Source: Hyphomicrobiales bacterium (GTDB lineage Bacteria > Pseudomonadota > Alphaproteobacteria > Rhizobiales > Xanthobacteraceae). Taken from it: a DNA stretch of 64,000 bases. Position numbers and translations under genes: made by a program. The notes under the pieces were generated by a model, which saw only the letters and a list, made by a program, of their open reading frames with translations, was not told the DNA's origin and ran no database searches. The stretch is from positions 202 through 64,201 of the forward strand of contig JAKFYI010000029.1 of assembly GCA_021730985.1 (NCBI GenBank). The letters are read 5' to 3'. Each line of letters opens with the position of its first letter. Within the stretch, counting starts at the first letter, position 1. This document shows, one piece after another, positions 56,461 through 64,000 of the stretch.

Positions 56461-57579
56461 TCAAATGCGAGGCTTCCCGCCGAGCCCCGCGTGCATCAGC
56501 ACCTTGCGCATCACGTTGGGCAGCGCCTCGCCGTGCAGTTCGGCCAGCACCACCCACCGCGTCCCGGCCGGCGCCTTGGTCTTCGCGGGCACGCTCGCGA
56601 CATAGACCGACTGTTGCAGCGGGAAGTGCGTGAAGCCGTGCTCGACCACGCCCGGCAGCCGCCGCCACTTTGCCTTCAACGGTGCTGCGCCGAGCACTGC
56701 GTCTTCGTCGAAGTCCCGCGACCAGGCGGTGGACGGCACTTCGGTCATGCCGCCGAGCAAGCCCTTCTCCGGACGGCTGCGCACCAGCACACGACCGTCG
56801 GCGCGCGTGACGACGAACGACGCGCCGCGGCGCAGCTTGCCTTCGACCTTGGGCGCCTTGCGCGGAAACGTCTCCTGGTCGCCGCGCGTCCGCGCCACGC
56901 AGGGCGCCATCCACGGACACAGCGCGCAGGCGGGCTTCTTCGGCGTGCAGATCGTGGCGCCGAGATCCATCATCGCCTGCGTGAAGTCGCCGGGCCGAAG
57001 CTGCGGCACCAGCGTCTCGGCGTGGCGGCGAATTTCCGCCTTCGCCACGGGCAACACCGTCTCGACCGCATACAAGCGCGTGATCACACGTTCGATGTTG
57101 CCGTCGATCGCCACCGCGCGCGTGTCGAACGCGATCGCCGTGATCGCCGCCGCGGTGTAGCCGCCGATCCCCGGCAAGGCGCGCAAGCCGTTTTCGGTGT
57201 CGGGGAATACGCCACGGTGCTGCCCGGCCACCGCCTTGGCGCAGGCGTGCAGGTTGCGCGCCCGGGCGTAGTAGCCGAGCCCGGCCCAGGCCTTGAGCAC
57301 GTCGTCGAGCTTGGCCGCCGCGAGCGCGCGGACAGTCGGCCAGCTCTTGAGGAACTTGATGTAATAGGGTGCGACCGCCTTCACTGTGGTCTGCTGCAGC
57401 ATGATCTCGGACAGCCACACATGGTACGGGTCGGGCCGAACGCCCGGCTGCGAGCGCCACGGCAGATGCCTGCGGTGCCGGTCGTACCAGGCGAGCAGCG
57501 CCTGCGGATCCGGCGCCGCGAGTTCCGCACAAGCGGCAGCGTCGCGCTTTTTCCGGACAGCGGTGCCTGCTAGCCTCAT
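56461..57579 (-). CDS. mutY: A/G-specific adenine glycosylase
   Basis: LPWR, WLSEIMLQQT, WAGLGYYARARNL, LPGIGGYTA, CTPKKPACALCP; start uncertain. Confidence 0.96.
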   Translation of the reverse strand: MRLAGTAVRKKRDAAACAELAAPDPQALLAWYDRHRRHLPWRSQPGVRPDPYHVWLSEIMLQQTTVKAVAPYYIKFLKSWPTVRALAAAKLDDVLKAWAGLGYYARARNLHACAKAVAGQHRGVFPDTENGLRALPGIGGYTAAAITAIAFDTRAVAIDGNIERVITRLYAVETVLPVAKAEIRRHAETLVPQLRPGDFTQAMMDLGATICTPKKPACALCPWMAPCVARTRGDQETFPRKAPKVEGKLRRGASFVVTRADGRVLVRSRPEKGLLGGMTEVPSTAWSRDFDEDAVLGAAPLKAKWRRLPGVVEHGFTHFPLQQSVYVASVPAKTKAPAGTRWVVLAELHGEALPNVMRKVLMHAGLGGKPRI

Positions 57580-57630
57580 AGAAGAACCATACTGAGCATG
57601 GAAGCGACGGAGAACCGGTTCGTCATTGCT

Positions 57631-58101
57631 ATGAACAAGCCCCGCCCCACCCGACGGCTGTCCGAACTGGCCCACGGCCTGCTGGCCGAGAGCTTCAAGC
57701 GGCAGGGCTTTGCCTCGACCGAACTGGTGACCCGCTGGCCGGAGATCGTGGGTCCTGAGATCGCCAGGCACGCCGAACCGGTCAAGCTGCAATGGCCGCG
57801 CACCCACGACGGCGAGCCTGCGGAACCAGCGACCCTGGTCCTGCGCGTCGAAGGTCCGGCGGCGATCGAAATCCAGCACCAGTCCAACATCGTGCTGGAA
57901 CGCATCAACCGGTTTTTCGGCTGGCAGGCGGTCGGACGGCTGGCGCTGCGCCAGGCGCCGCTCAAGCGCCGCCCCGCTGCCGCACCGCCCCGGGCCAACG
58001 CCGAGGCCGCGGCCCGCATCGCCGCCACGCTGACCGAGGTCGGTGACGACGACCTGCGCATGGCACTCGCCAAGCTCGGCGCTGCGGTCAAGCAAATGTG
58101 A
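57631..58101 (+). CDS. dciA: DciA/DUF721 family protein
   Basis: WPEIVGPEIARHAEP, TLVLRVEG, ERINRFFG; mutY-divergent synteny. Confidence 0.82.
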   Translation: MNKPRPTRRLSELAHGLLAESFKRQGFASTELVTRWPEIVGPEIARHAEPVKLQWPRTHDGEPAEPATLVLRVEGPAAIEIQHQSNIVLERINRFFGWQAVGRLALRQAPLKRRPAAAPPRANAEAAARIAATLTEVGDDDLRMALAKLGAAVKQM

Positions 58102-58225
58102 CTGCGGCCCGTTCCGGCTCCCTCTACAAGCCTGCGGAGAGCCCTTTCACCTCTTGGCGAACGGGCCCACCGGTGCCACATTCGCTGCACATTGTCGCAT
58201 TCGACAAACCATTCAGGAGCTTCGC

Positions 58226-58873
58226 GTGATTACACGTCGGGAATTCGTCGCGGGAACCAGTGCGCTGGCGATCGTGGCCGCCTTGCAGGCGTCCGTTGCA
58301 TCTACAGCCTTGGCGCAGGGCGCCTCGTTTTCCGCCGCGGAGCTCTTGGAGCCGGGCGCGCTTGAGGACATGTCGATCGGCAAGGCGGACGCGCCCGTCA
58401 CCGTCATCGAATACGCCTCCATGACCTGCGGACACTGCGCCACCTTCCACATCAACACCTACCCCGAATTCAAGAAGCGCTACATCGACACCGGCAAGGC
58501 GCGCTACATCCTGCGCGAATTCCCGCTCGATCCGCTGGCCGCCGGCGCCTTCATGCTGGCGCGCTGCGCCGGCAAGGACAAATACTTCCCGTTGGTCGAA
58601 ACGCTGTTCCAGCAGCAGCGCAACTGGGCGGTACAGAAACCGCTGGAGCCGCTGTTCGCCATCGCGCGCCAGACCGGCTTCACCCAGCAGACGTTCGACG
58701 CCTGCCTGCGCGACCAGGCGATGCTCGACGGCATCGAGAAAGTCCGTACCCGCGCGACCGACCGCTTCAAGGTGGAATCGACGCCGACCTTCTTCATCAA
58801 CGGCACGGTCTACCGCGGCGCGCTGTCGATCGACGAACTGGCGAAAGCGATCGATCCGCTGGTCAAAAGCTGA
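58226..58873 (+). CDS. DsbA/Thioredoxin_4 family protein (Tat-like signal)
   Basis: ITRREFV; EYASMTCGHC; STPTFFING; AGGAG RBS + GTG. Confidence 0.9.
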   Translation: MITRREFVAGTSALAIVAALQASVASTALAQGASFSAAELLEPGALEDMSIGKADAPVTVIEYASMTCGHCATFHINTYPEFKKRYIDTGKARYILREFPLDPLAAGAFMLARCAGKDKYFPLVETLFQQQRNWAVQKPLEPLFAIARQTGFTQQTFDACLRDQAMLDGIEKVRTRATDRFKVESTPTFFINGTVYRGALSIDELAKAIDPLVKS

Positions 58874-59186
58874 TCTTGCCGCGCGAATCAGGCTGGCGCT
58901 GAAACCGGCAGTGGAGCCGCGGAAGCAGCCAACTTTGCCGCGTGACGGGCATTGGACTCAACCGCAACGAAGCGGCTGATCCACGTCTACCCCTTTGAAA
59001 ACAGGCGTTTTTTGGTTTTGCCCAGGTTATTTGGGCTGGGATAACCCCGCCGTTGGGTTGCCCCTGGGTGCCTGAAAATTCATTCTCCGCGCAATGCCGC
59101 AGACCTCGACCCGAATGCGGGCCAAGTCACGCGCCCGAGCGGGCCGGTTTTCCGCCGGCGCGGGCGGCACATAGGACTGAAAAAGA

Positions 59187-62100
59187 ATGAAACTCACGCG
59201 ACTGCGCCTCCTCGGCTTCAAGTCTTTCGTTGAGCCGACCGACTTCCTGATCGAGCCCGGCCTGACCGGCGTGGTCGGACCGAACGGTTGCGGCAAGTCG
59301 AACTTGGTCGAAGCGCTGCGCTGGGTGATGGGCGAAACCTCGCACAAGTCGATGCGCGCGTCCGAGATGGACGACGTCATCTTCTCGGGCACCAACAACC
59401 GTCCGGCGCGCAACACCGCCGAGGTCGCGATCCGGATCGACAATTCCAAGCGCGAGGCGCCGGGTCAGTTCAACGAGCACGACACGCTCGACATCACGCG
59501 CCGGATCGAGCGCGAGAAGGGCTCGGTCTATCGCATCAACGGACAGGATGTTCGCGCCCGCGACGTGATGACCGTGTTCGCCGACGCTTCCACCGGCTCG
59601 CGCTCGCCCGCGCTCGTTCACCAGGGCCGCATCGGCGAGATCATCCAGGCGAAGCCGGAGCAGCGCCGCCGCGTGCTTGAAGAGGCCGCCGGAATTTCCG
59701 GCCTGCACGCGCGCCGCAATGAGGCGGAACTTCGTCTGCGCGCAGCCGAGGCGAACCTCACCCGCGTCGAGGACGTGGTCAATCAGCTCGCCAGCCAGAT
59801 GGACGCGCTCAAGCGCCAGGCGCGGCAAGCGATCCGCTATCGCGTCGTCGCAGCCGACATCCGCAAGGCCGAGTCCACCCTGTTTCACCTGCGCTGGATC
59901 AACGCGCAGGCTGAGGTGGCCGATTCCCAACGCGCCAAGGATCTGGGCATGCGCGCCGTGGCCGACGCCACCATCGCGCAGACCGAAGCCGGCAAGCAGC
60001 GCGAGGAAGCCGCCATCGCGGTGCCGCCGTTGCGTGACGCCGAGGTGCGCGCCGGCGCCGCCTTGCAGCGCCTGCTCAGCGCCCGCGATGCGCTCGACCA
60101 GGAAGAAACCCGCGCCCGCGACCGGCTCGCCGAACTCGAGCGGCGCCTTGTCCAGTTGACCGAAGACATCCTGCGCGAGCGAGCGCTGGTGGCCGACGCG
60201 GAAGCCACGCTGGAGCGTCTCACCACCGAGGAGCAGACGCTCAAGCAGGAGGTCCAAGGCATCGCGCAGCAGCGCAGCGGCGCCGACAGCCGCGTCGCGG
60301 AAGCCGAGAGCGTGCTCTCCGCCGCCGAAGCATCGTTCTCGGCACTGACCGGCGCGCTGGCCGACCTCACCGCTAGCCGCAACCAGCTCGGCGGCGCGAT
60401 GCGCGACCAGTCCGAGCGCATCGCCCGGATCGAGGCCGAGATCGCCAACATCGAGGCGGGTCTCGCCGCCGCCAGCGAAAGCCGTCCCGATCTCGCGGGT
60501 CTTGCCGAGACGTTCGAGCGCGCGCAGGGCGCGGTGGTGCAAGCCGAGCAGGCCGCGGTTGCCGCCGAAAGTTCGCATGTCGCCGCCCGCCAGCGACTCG
60601 AAACCGCGCGCGGGCCCCTCACCGACGCCGAGCGCGCGGCGCAGCGGCTTGAGACCGAAGCCAAGACGCTGATGAAGCTCCTCGCGGTCGAGACCAAGAA
60701 CATGTGGCCGCCGATCACGGACCACATCCAGGTCACCAAGGGTTACGAGAAGGCGCTCGGCGCCGCGCTCGGCGACGACCTCGACGCGCCCGCCGATCCG
60801 TCCTCGCCGCTGCGCTGGGCCGGCGCCGCCATCGACCCATCCGATCCGGCGCTGCCGGAGGGCGTGGAGTCGCTGTCGCAGCACGTCACCGCCCCGTCCG
60901 AACTGGCGCGCCGCCTGGTGCAGATCGGCGTGGTCACGCGCGGCGAAGCCGCCGCACTCGTCGCCAAGCTCAAGCCCGGCCAGCGGCTGGTGTCCCGGGA
61001 AGGTGACCTGTGGCGGTGGGACGGCTTTGCCGCCGACGCCCATGCCCCGACCGGCGCGGCACGCCGCCTCGCCGAGCGCGCCCGTTTGGCCGAGATTGAC
61101 GCTGAACTCGCCGATGCGCGCGCCACGCTCGACGGCAAGCGCAGCGCGGTCGAAGCCGCGGCCGCGCTGATCGCAACCGCCGCAACCGCCGAAACCGCCG
61201 CCCGCGAGCAGCGCCTGGCTGCACAGCGCGAGGCCGACACGGCGCGCGAGTTGCACGCCTCCGCCGAACGCGAGGTCGCTCGCAACGCTGCGCGGGTGTC
61301 CGCCCTTACCGAGGCCAAGACCCGGCTCGATTCCGGCCGCAACGAAGCGCTCGCGGCCCGGCACGAGGCGGAAACCGCGCTGGCCGCGCTACAGCCCACC
61401 TCCGAGATCGAGGAAAAGCTCGCGGCGGTGCGCGCCGACATCGAGGGCAAGCGCACGGATGCCGCTCAGGTGCGCGCCGAAGCGCAGGCGCTGGCGCGCG
61501 AGGCCGAACTCGCCGACCGCCGCCTCAACGCCATCGCCACCGACCACACCCAGTGGAGCGACCGGCGCGACAGCGCGCGCGCGCAGATCGGCACGCTGGA
61601 GATCCGCAGCCGGGAGACCGACGAGGAGCGCGCGGCGCTGGCCGGCGCGCCGGAGGAGTTCGCCAACAAGCGGCTCGCGATCATCAACGAGATCGAGAAG
61701 GCCGAGGCCGACCGCCGCCAGGCCGCCGATCGCCTGGCCGAGGCCGAGAGTATGCTGACGCAGCGTGACCGCGCGGTGCGCGGCGCGCTGGAGGCGCTGG
61801 GTTCCGCCCGCGAGGAGCAGGCCCGCTCGACCGAGCGGGTCGAAGGCGCCAAGCGCCGGCTCTCGGACATCGCCCACGAGATCAAGGACATGCTCGAGGT
61901 CGAGCCCGACGGCGTGGCTGCGCTGGCCGGCATCGAGGCCGGCACCGTGCTGCCCGAGGTCGAGGCGATCGAAGCCGACCTTGAGAAGCTGCGGCGCGAC
62001 CGCGAGCGGATCGGCGCGGTCAACCTGCGCGCCGAGGAGGAACTGGGCGAGGTCGAGGCCCAGCACACCAAGCTCACCGCCGAGCGCGACGACCTGATCG

Positions 62101-62636
62101 AAGCCATCAAGCGGCTGCGCCAGGGCATCATCAATCTGAACAAGGAGGCGCGCGAGCGCCTGCTGACCTCGTTCGCCGTGGTCAACTCGCACTTCCAGCG
62201 GCTGTTCGCCGAACTGTTCGGCGGCGGCAGCGCGGAGCTTCAGTTGATCGAGAACGACGATCCGCTCGAAGCCGGACTGGAGATTTTCGCAAAGCCTCCC
62301 GGCAAGAAGCCCGCGACGCTGTCGCTGCTGTCGGGCGGTGAGCAGGCGCTGACCGCGCTGGCGCTGATCTTCGCGGTGTTCCTCACCAACCCGGCGCCGA
62401 TCTGCGTGCTGGACGAAGTGGACGCGCCGCTCGACGACCACAACGTCGAACGGTTCTGCGACCTGCTCGACGAGATGACCCGTTCGACCGACACGCGCTT
62501 CGTCATCATCACCCACAACCCGATCACCATGGCGCGGATGAACCGCCTGTTCGGCGTCACTATGGCGGAGCGCGGCGTGTCGCAACTCGTCTCGGTCGAT
62601 CTCGAGGCGGCGGTGCGGATCAGGGACGCGAGCTAA
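59187..62636 (+). CDS. smc: Chromosome segregation protein SMC
   Basis: GFKSF, GPNGCGKSN Walker A, long coiled coils, LSGGE, LDEVDAPLD, ITH. Confidence 0.97.
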   Translation: MKLTRLRLLGFKSFVEPTDFLIEPGLTGVVGPNGCGKSNLVEALRWVMGETSHKSMRASEMDDVIFSGTNNRPARNTAEVAIRIDNSKREAPGQFNEHDTLDITRRIEREKGSVYRINGQDVRARDVMTVFADASTGSRSPALVHQGRIGEIIQAKPEQRRRVLEEAAGISGLHARRNEAELRLRAAEANLTRVEDVVNQLASQMDALKRQARQAIRYRVVAADIRKAESTLFHLRWINAQAEVADSQRAKDLGMRAVADATIAQTEAGKQREEAAIAVPPLRDAEVRAGAALQRLLSARDALDQEETRARDRLAELERRLVQLTEDILRERALVADAEATLERLTTEEQTLKQEVQGIAQQRSGADSRVAEAESVLSAAEASFSALTGALADLTASRNQLGGAMRDQSERIARIEAEIANIEAGLAAASESRPDLAGLAETFERAQGAVVQAEQAAVAAESSHVAARQRLETARGPLTDAERAAQRLETEAKTLMKLLAVETKNMWPPITDHIQVTKGYEKALGAALGDDLDAPADPSSPLRWAGAAIDPSDPALPEGVESLSQHVTAPSELARRLVQIGVVTRGEAAALVAKLKPGQRLVSREGDLWRWDGFAADAHAPTGAARRLAERARLAEIDAELADARATLDGKRSAVEAAAALIATAATAETAAREQRLAAQREADTARELHASAEREVARNAARVSALTEAKTRLDSGRNEALAARHEAETALAALQPTSEIEEKLAAVRADIEGKRTDAAQVRAEAQALAREAELADRRLNAIATDHTQWSDRRDSARAQIGTLEIRSRETDEERAALAGAPEEFANKRLAIINEIEKAEADRRQAADRLAEAESMLTQRDRAVRGALEALGSAREEQARSTERVEGAKRRLSDIAHEIKDMLEVEPDGVAALAGIEAGTVLPEVEAIEADLEKLRRDRERIGAVNLRAEEELGEVEAQHTKLTAERDDLIEAIKRLRQGIINLNKEARERLLTSFAVVNSHFQRLFAELFGGGSAELQLIENDDPLEAGLEIFAKPPGKKPATLSLLSGGEQALTALALIFAVFLTNPAPICVLDEVDAPLDDHNVERFCDLLDEMTRSTDTRFVIITHNPITMARMNRLFGVTMAERGVSQLVSVDLEAAVRIRDAS

Positions 62637-62738
62637 CCCACCACCGGATCGGAGTGTCCTGCTGTCGCAGGCCCTTCCCTGCGACTTGCCGACCCTTGCG
62701 CGAGCGCGCATCCTGTCCCGAAGTCCAGGGAGGGGTCG

Positions 62739-63713
62739 ATGACATCGTCTCGGATGTGGGTGTCCGCGCTTGCGCTGCTCGCGGCCGGCGCTTCGCAGGC
62801 TTTAGCCCAAACCAATTGGCCGACACGGCCGATCCAGGTGGTCAGTCCGTTCACATCCGGCAACGCCAGCGACCTAGTTGGGCGCGTGGTGTTCGATCAG
62901 GTGTCCCGGCAGATCGGGCAGCCTTTCGTCTTGGAAAACCGGCCGGGCGGCGGCGGCACCCTCGGCGTCAACCAGGTGGCCAAGGCGGCGCCCGACGGCT
63001 ACTCGGTGCTGCTGCACTCGTCGTCGTTCAGCGCCGCGTTGGTGCTGCACAAGACGCTGCCCTACGACACGCTCAACGACTTCGAGCCGGTCATCCCGCT
63101 CGGGGCACAGCCGATCGTTCTGGTGACAGGACTGACGACGGGGTACAAAACCGTCGCCGACTTGGTCGCGGCCGCCAAGGCGAGGCCGGGCTCGATGAAT
63201 TTCGCCTCGGCGGGCATCGGCTCGACGTCGCATATGTCCGCCGAGCGATTCCGCCACGCCGCCGGTATTCAGGCCCAGCACATTCCGTTCCGCGGCCCGA
63301 CCGAGGCGTTCGCCGAGGTGGTGTCCGGCCGAGTCGATTTCTACTTCCTGCCGCTCGCGCCGGCGCTGCACTTGGTGCGCGAAGGCAAGGTGGTGGCGCT
63401 CGCGGTCGGTTCAGACAAACGCTCGGCCGATCTGCCGAACGTGCCCACCACTGCCGAGAGCGGGCTGCCGAACGCGAGCTACCATTTCTGGACGGGGCTG
63501 TTCGTCCCGACCAAGACGCCGCCGGCCATCATCCAGAGGCTGCACGAGGAAACCGCCAAGGCGCTGACCGAACCCGCGGTGCGCGAGCGGCTGGCGAAGA
63601 TGGCCACCGGCGCACTGCAGATGTCGCCCGAACAATTCAAGAAATACTTTCACGACGACGTCGCTTCGACCGTGAAGCTCGCCAAGGAGGTCGGCATCCA
63701 GCCGATCAACTGA
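62739..63713 (+). CDS. Bug/TctC substrate-binding protein
   Basis: WPTRPIQVVSPF, ENRPGGGG, APDGYS, ASAGIGS, HIPFRG. Confidence 0.92.
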   Translation: MTSSRMWVSALALLAAGASQALAQTNWPTRPIQVVSPFTSGNASDLVGRVVFDQVSRQIGQPFVLENRPGGGGTLGVNQVAKAAPDGYSVLLHSSSFSAALVLHKTLPYDTLNDFEPVIPLGAQPIVLVTGLTTGYKTVADLVAAAKARPGSMNFASAGIGSTSHMSAERFRHAAGIQAQHIPFRGPTEAFAEVVSGRVDFYFLPLAPALHLVREGKVVALAVGSDKRSADLPNVPTTAESGLPNASYHFWTGLFVPTKTPPAIIQRLHEETAKALTEPAVRERLAKMATGALQMSPEQFKKYFHDDVASTVKLAKEVGIQPIN

Positions 63714-63723
63714 TCGTTGTCAC

Positions 63724-63759
63724 GACATTCCCGGAGCGCACGGCGCTCCGGGGAATGTC
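63724..63759. terminator. Hairpin between convergent genes (probable terminator)
   Basis: GACATTCCCGGAGCGC-ACG-GCGCTCCGGGGAATGTC. Confidence 0.6.
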
Positions 63760-63764
63760 CACGC

Positions 63765-63968
63765 CTACTTGTTTGCAGGTAAACCGGGCGCCAACGTCAC
63801 GGTTTCCAACCATGCCTCACTGGCGGTCCAGATATGCTCCTCACCGCAGGCCGGGCATTGCATCCGGCCCTGCACCTCGGGGAGCCGATGGAACACCGAC
63901 GCTTCGGTATCGATCTGGGTCGAAACCGCCCGATCCGTTCGTGGGCAGCGGATCATCACAGCACTCAT
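63765..63968 (-). CDS. Small hypothetical Cys/His (zinc-ribbon-like) protein
   Basis: GGAGGG RBS; IRCPRT..VST..CPACGEEHIW...AW. Confidence 0.7.
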   Translation of the reverse strand: MSAVMIRCPRTDRAVSTQIDTEASVFHRLPEVQGRMQCPACGEEHIWTASEAWLETVTLAPGLPANK

Positions 63969-64000
63969 CGCCCCTCCGGCTTCCCGTCCGGCCCCCCGGC

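Noticed and set aside
58874-59186. 313-bp gap before smc as sRNA or riboswitch
   Set aside because: Only weak hairpins, GANTC sites and a plausible promoter; no recognisable RNA motif
59127-61364. Long antisense ORFs over smc (also over ppdK, glyQ, ETF-QO, nadA)
   Set aside because: Expected shadow ORFs in high-GC DNA with strong GC3 bias

Overview
GC-rich alphaproteobacterial chromosome segment. Gene content, CcrM/CtrA/LexA-type motifs and REP families point to Hyphomicrobiales (Xanthobacteraceae/Nitrobacteraceae-like); this taxonomy is inferred. Most of the window is core genes: nadQ-like regulator, nadA-nadC, ppdK, glyQS, ispB, ispE, ETF-QO, UDG, rnhB, moaB, ccrM, mutY, dciA, dsbA-like and smc. 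These are interspersed with transporters: three MFS, a TAXI-TRAP system, one NCS2 and four orphan Bug/TctC proteins. No rRNA, tRNA, CRISPR array, integrase or transposase was seen. Main observations: (1) at 51.4-54.0 kb a REP-rich accessory patch holds a candidate ~420-nt highly structured minus-strand non-coding RNA. It has its own sigma70-like promoter back-to-back with a HigBA/RelE-type toxin-antitoxin promoter, and a methyltransferase bracketed by 28-bp direct repeats lies downstream. (2) glyS contains a ~700-bp low-GC, heavily substituted segment. (3) A ~877-bp tandem duplication produced an array of four small secreted 4-Cys (DUF3551-like) proteins, with a chimeric junction remnant and a decayed LexA box. 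(4) Two NadQ-type operators precede a nadA-nadC operon that lacks nadB. (5) DUF2007 and a TrmN6-like methyltransferase appear fused. All calls come from reading motifs by eye; no database search or folding program was run. Several start codons were re-chosen by RBS/overlap and are approximate.
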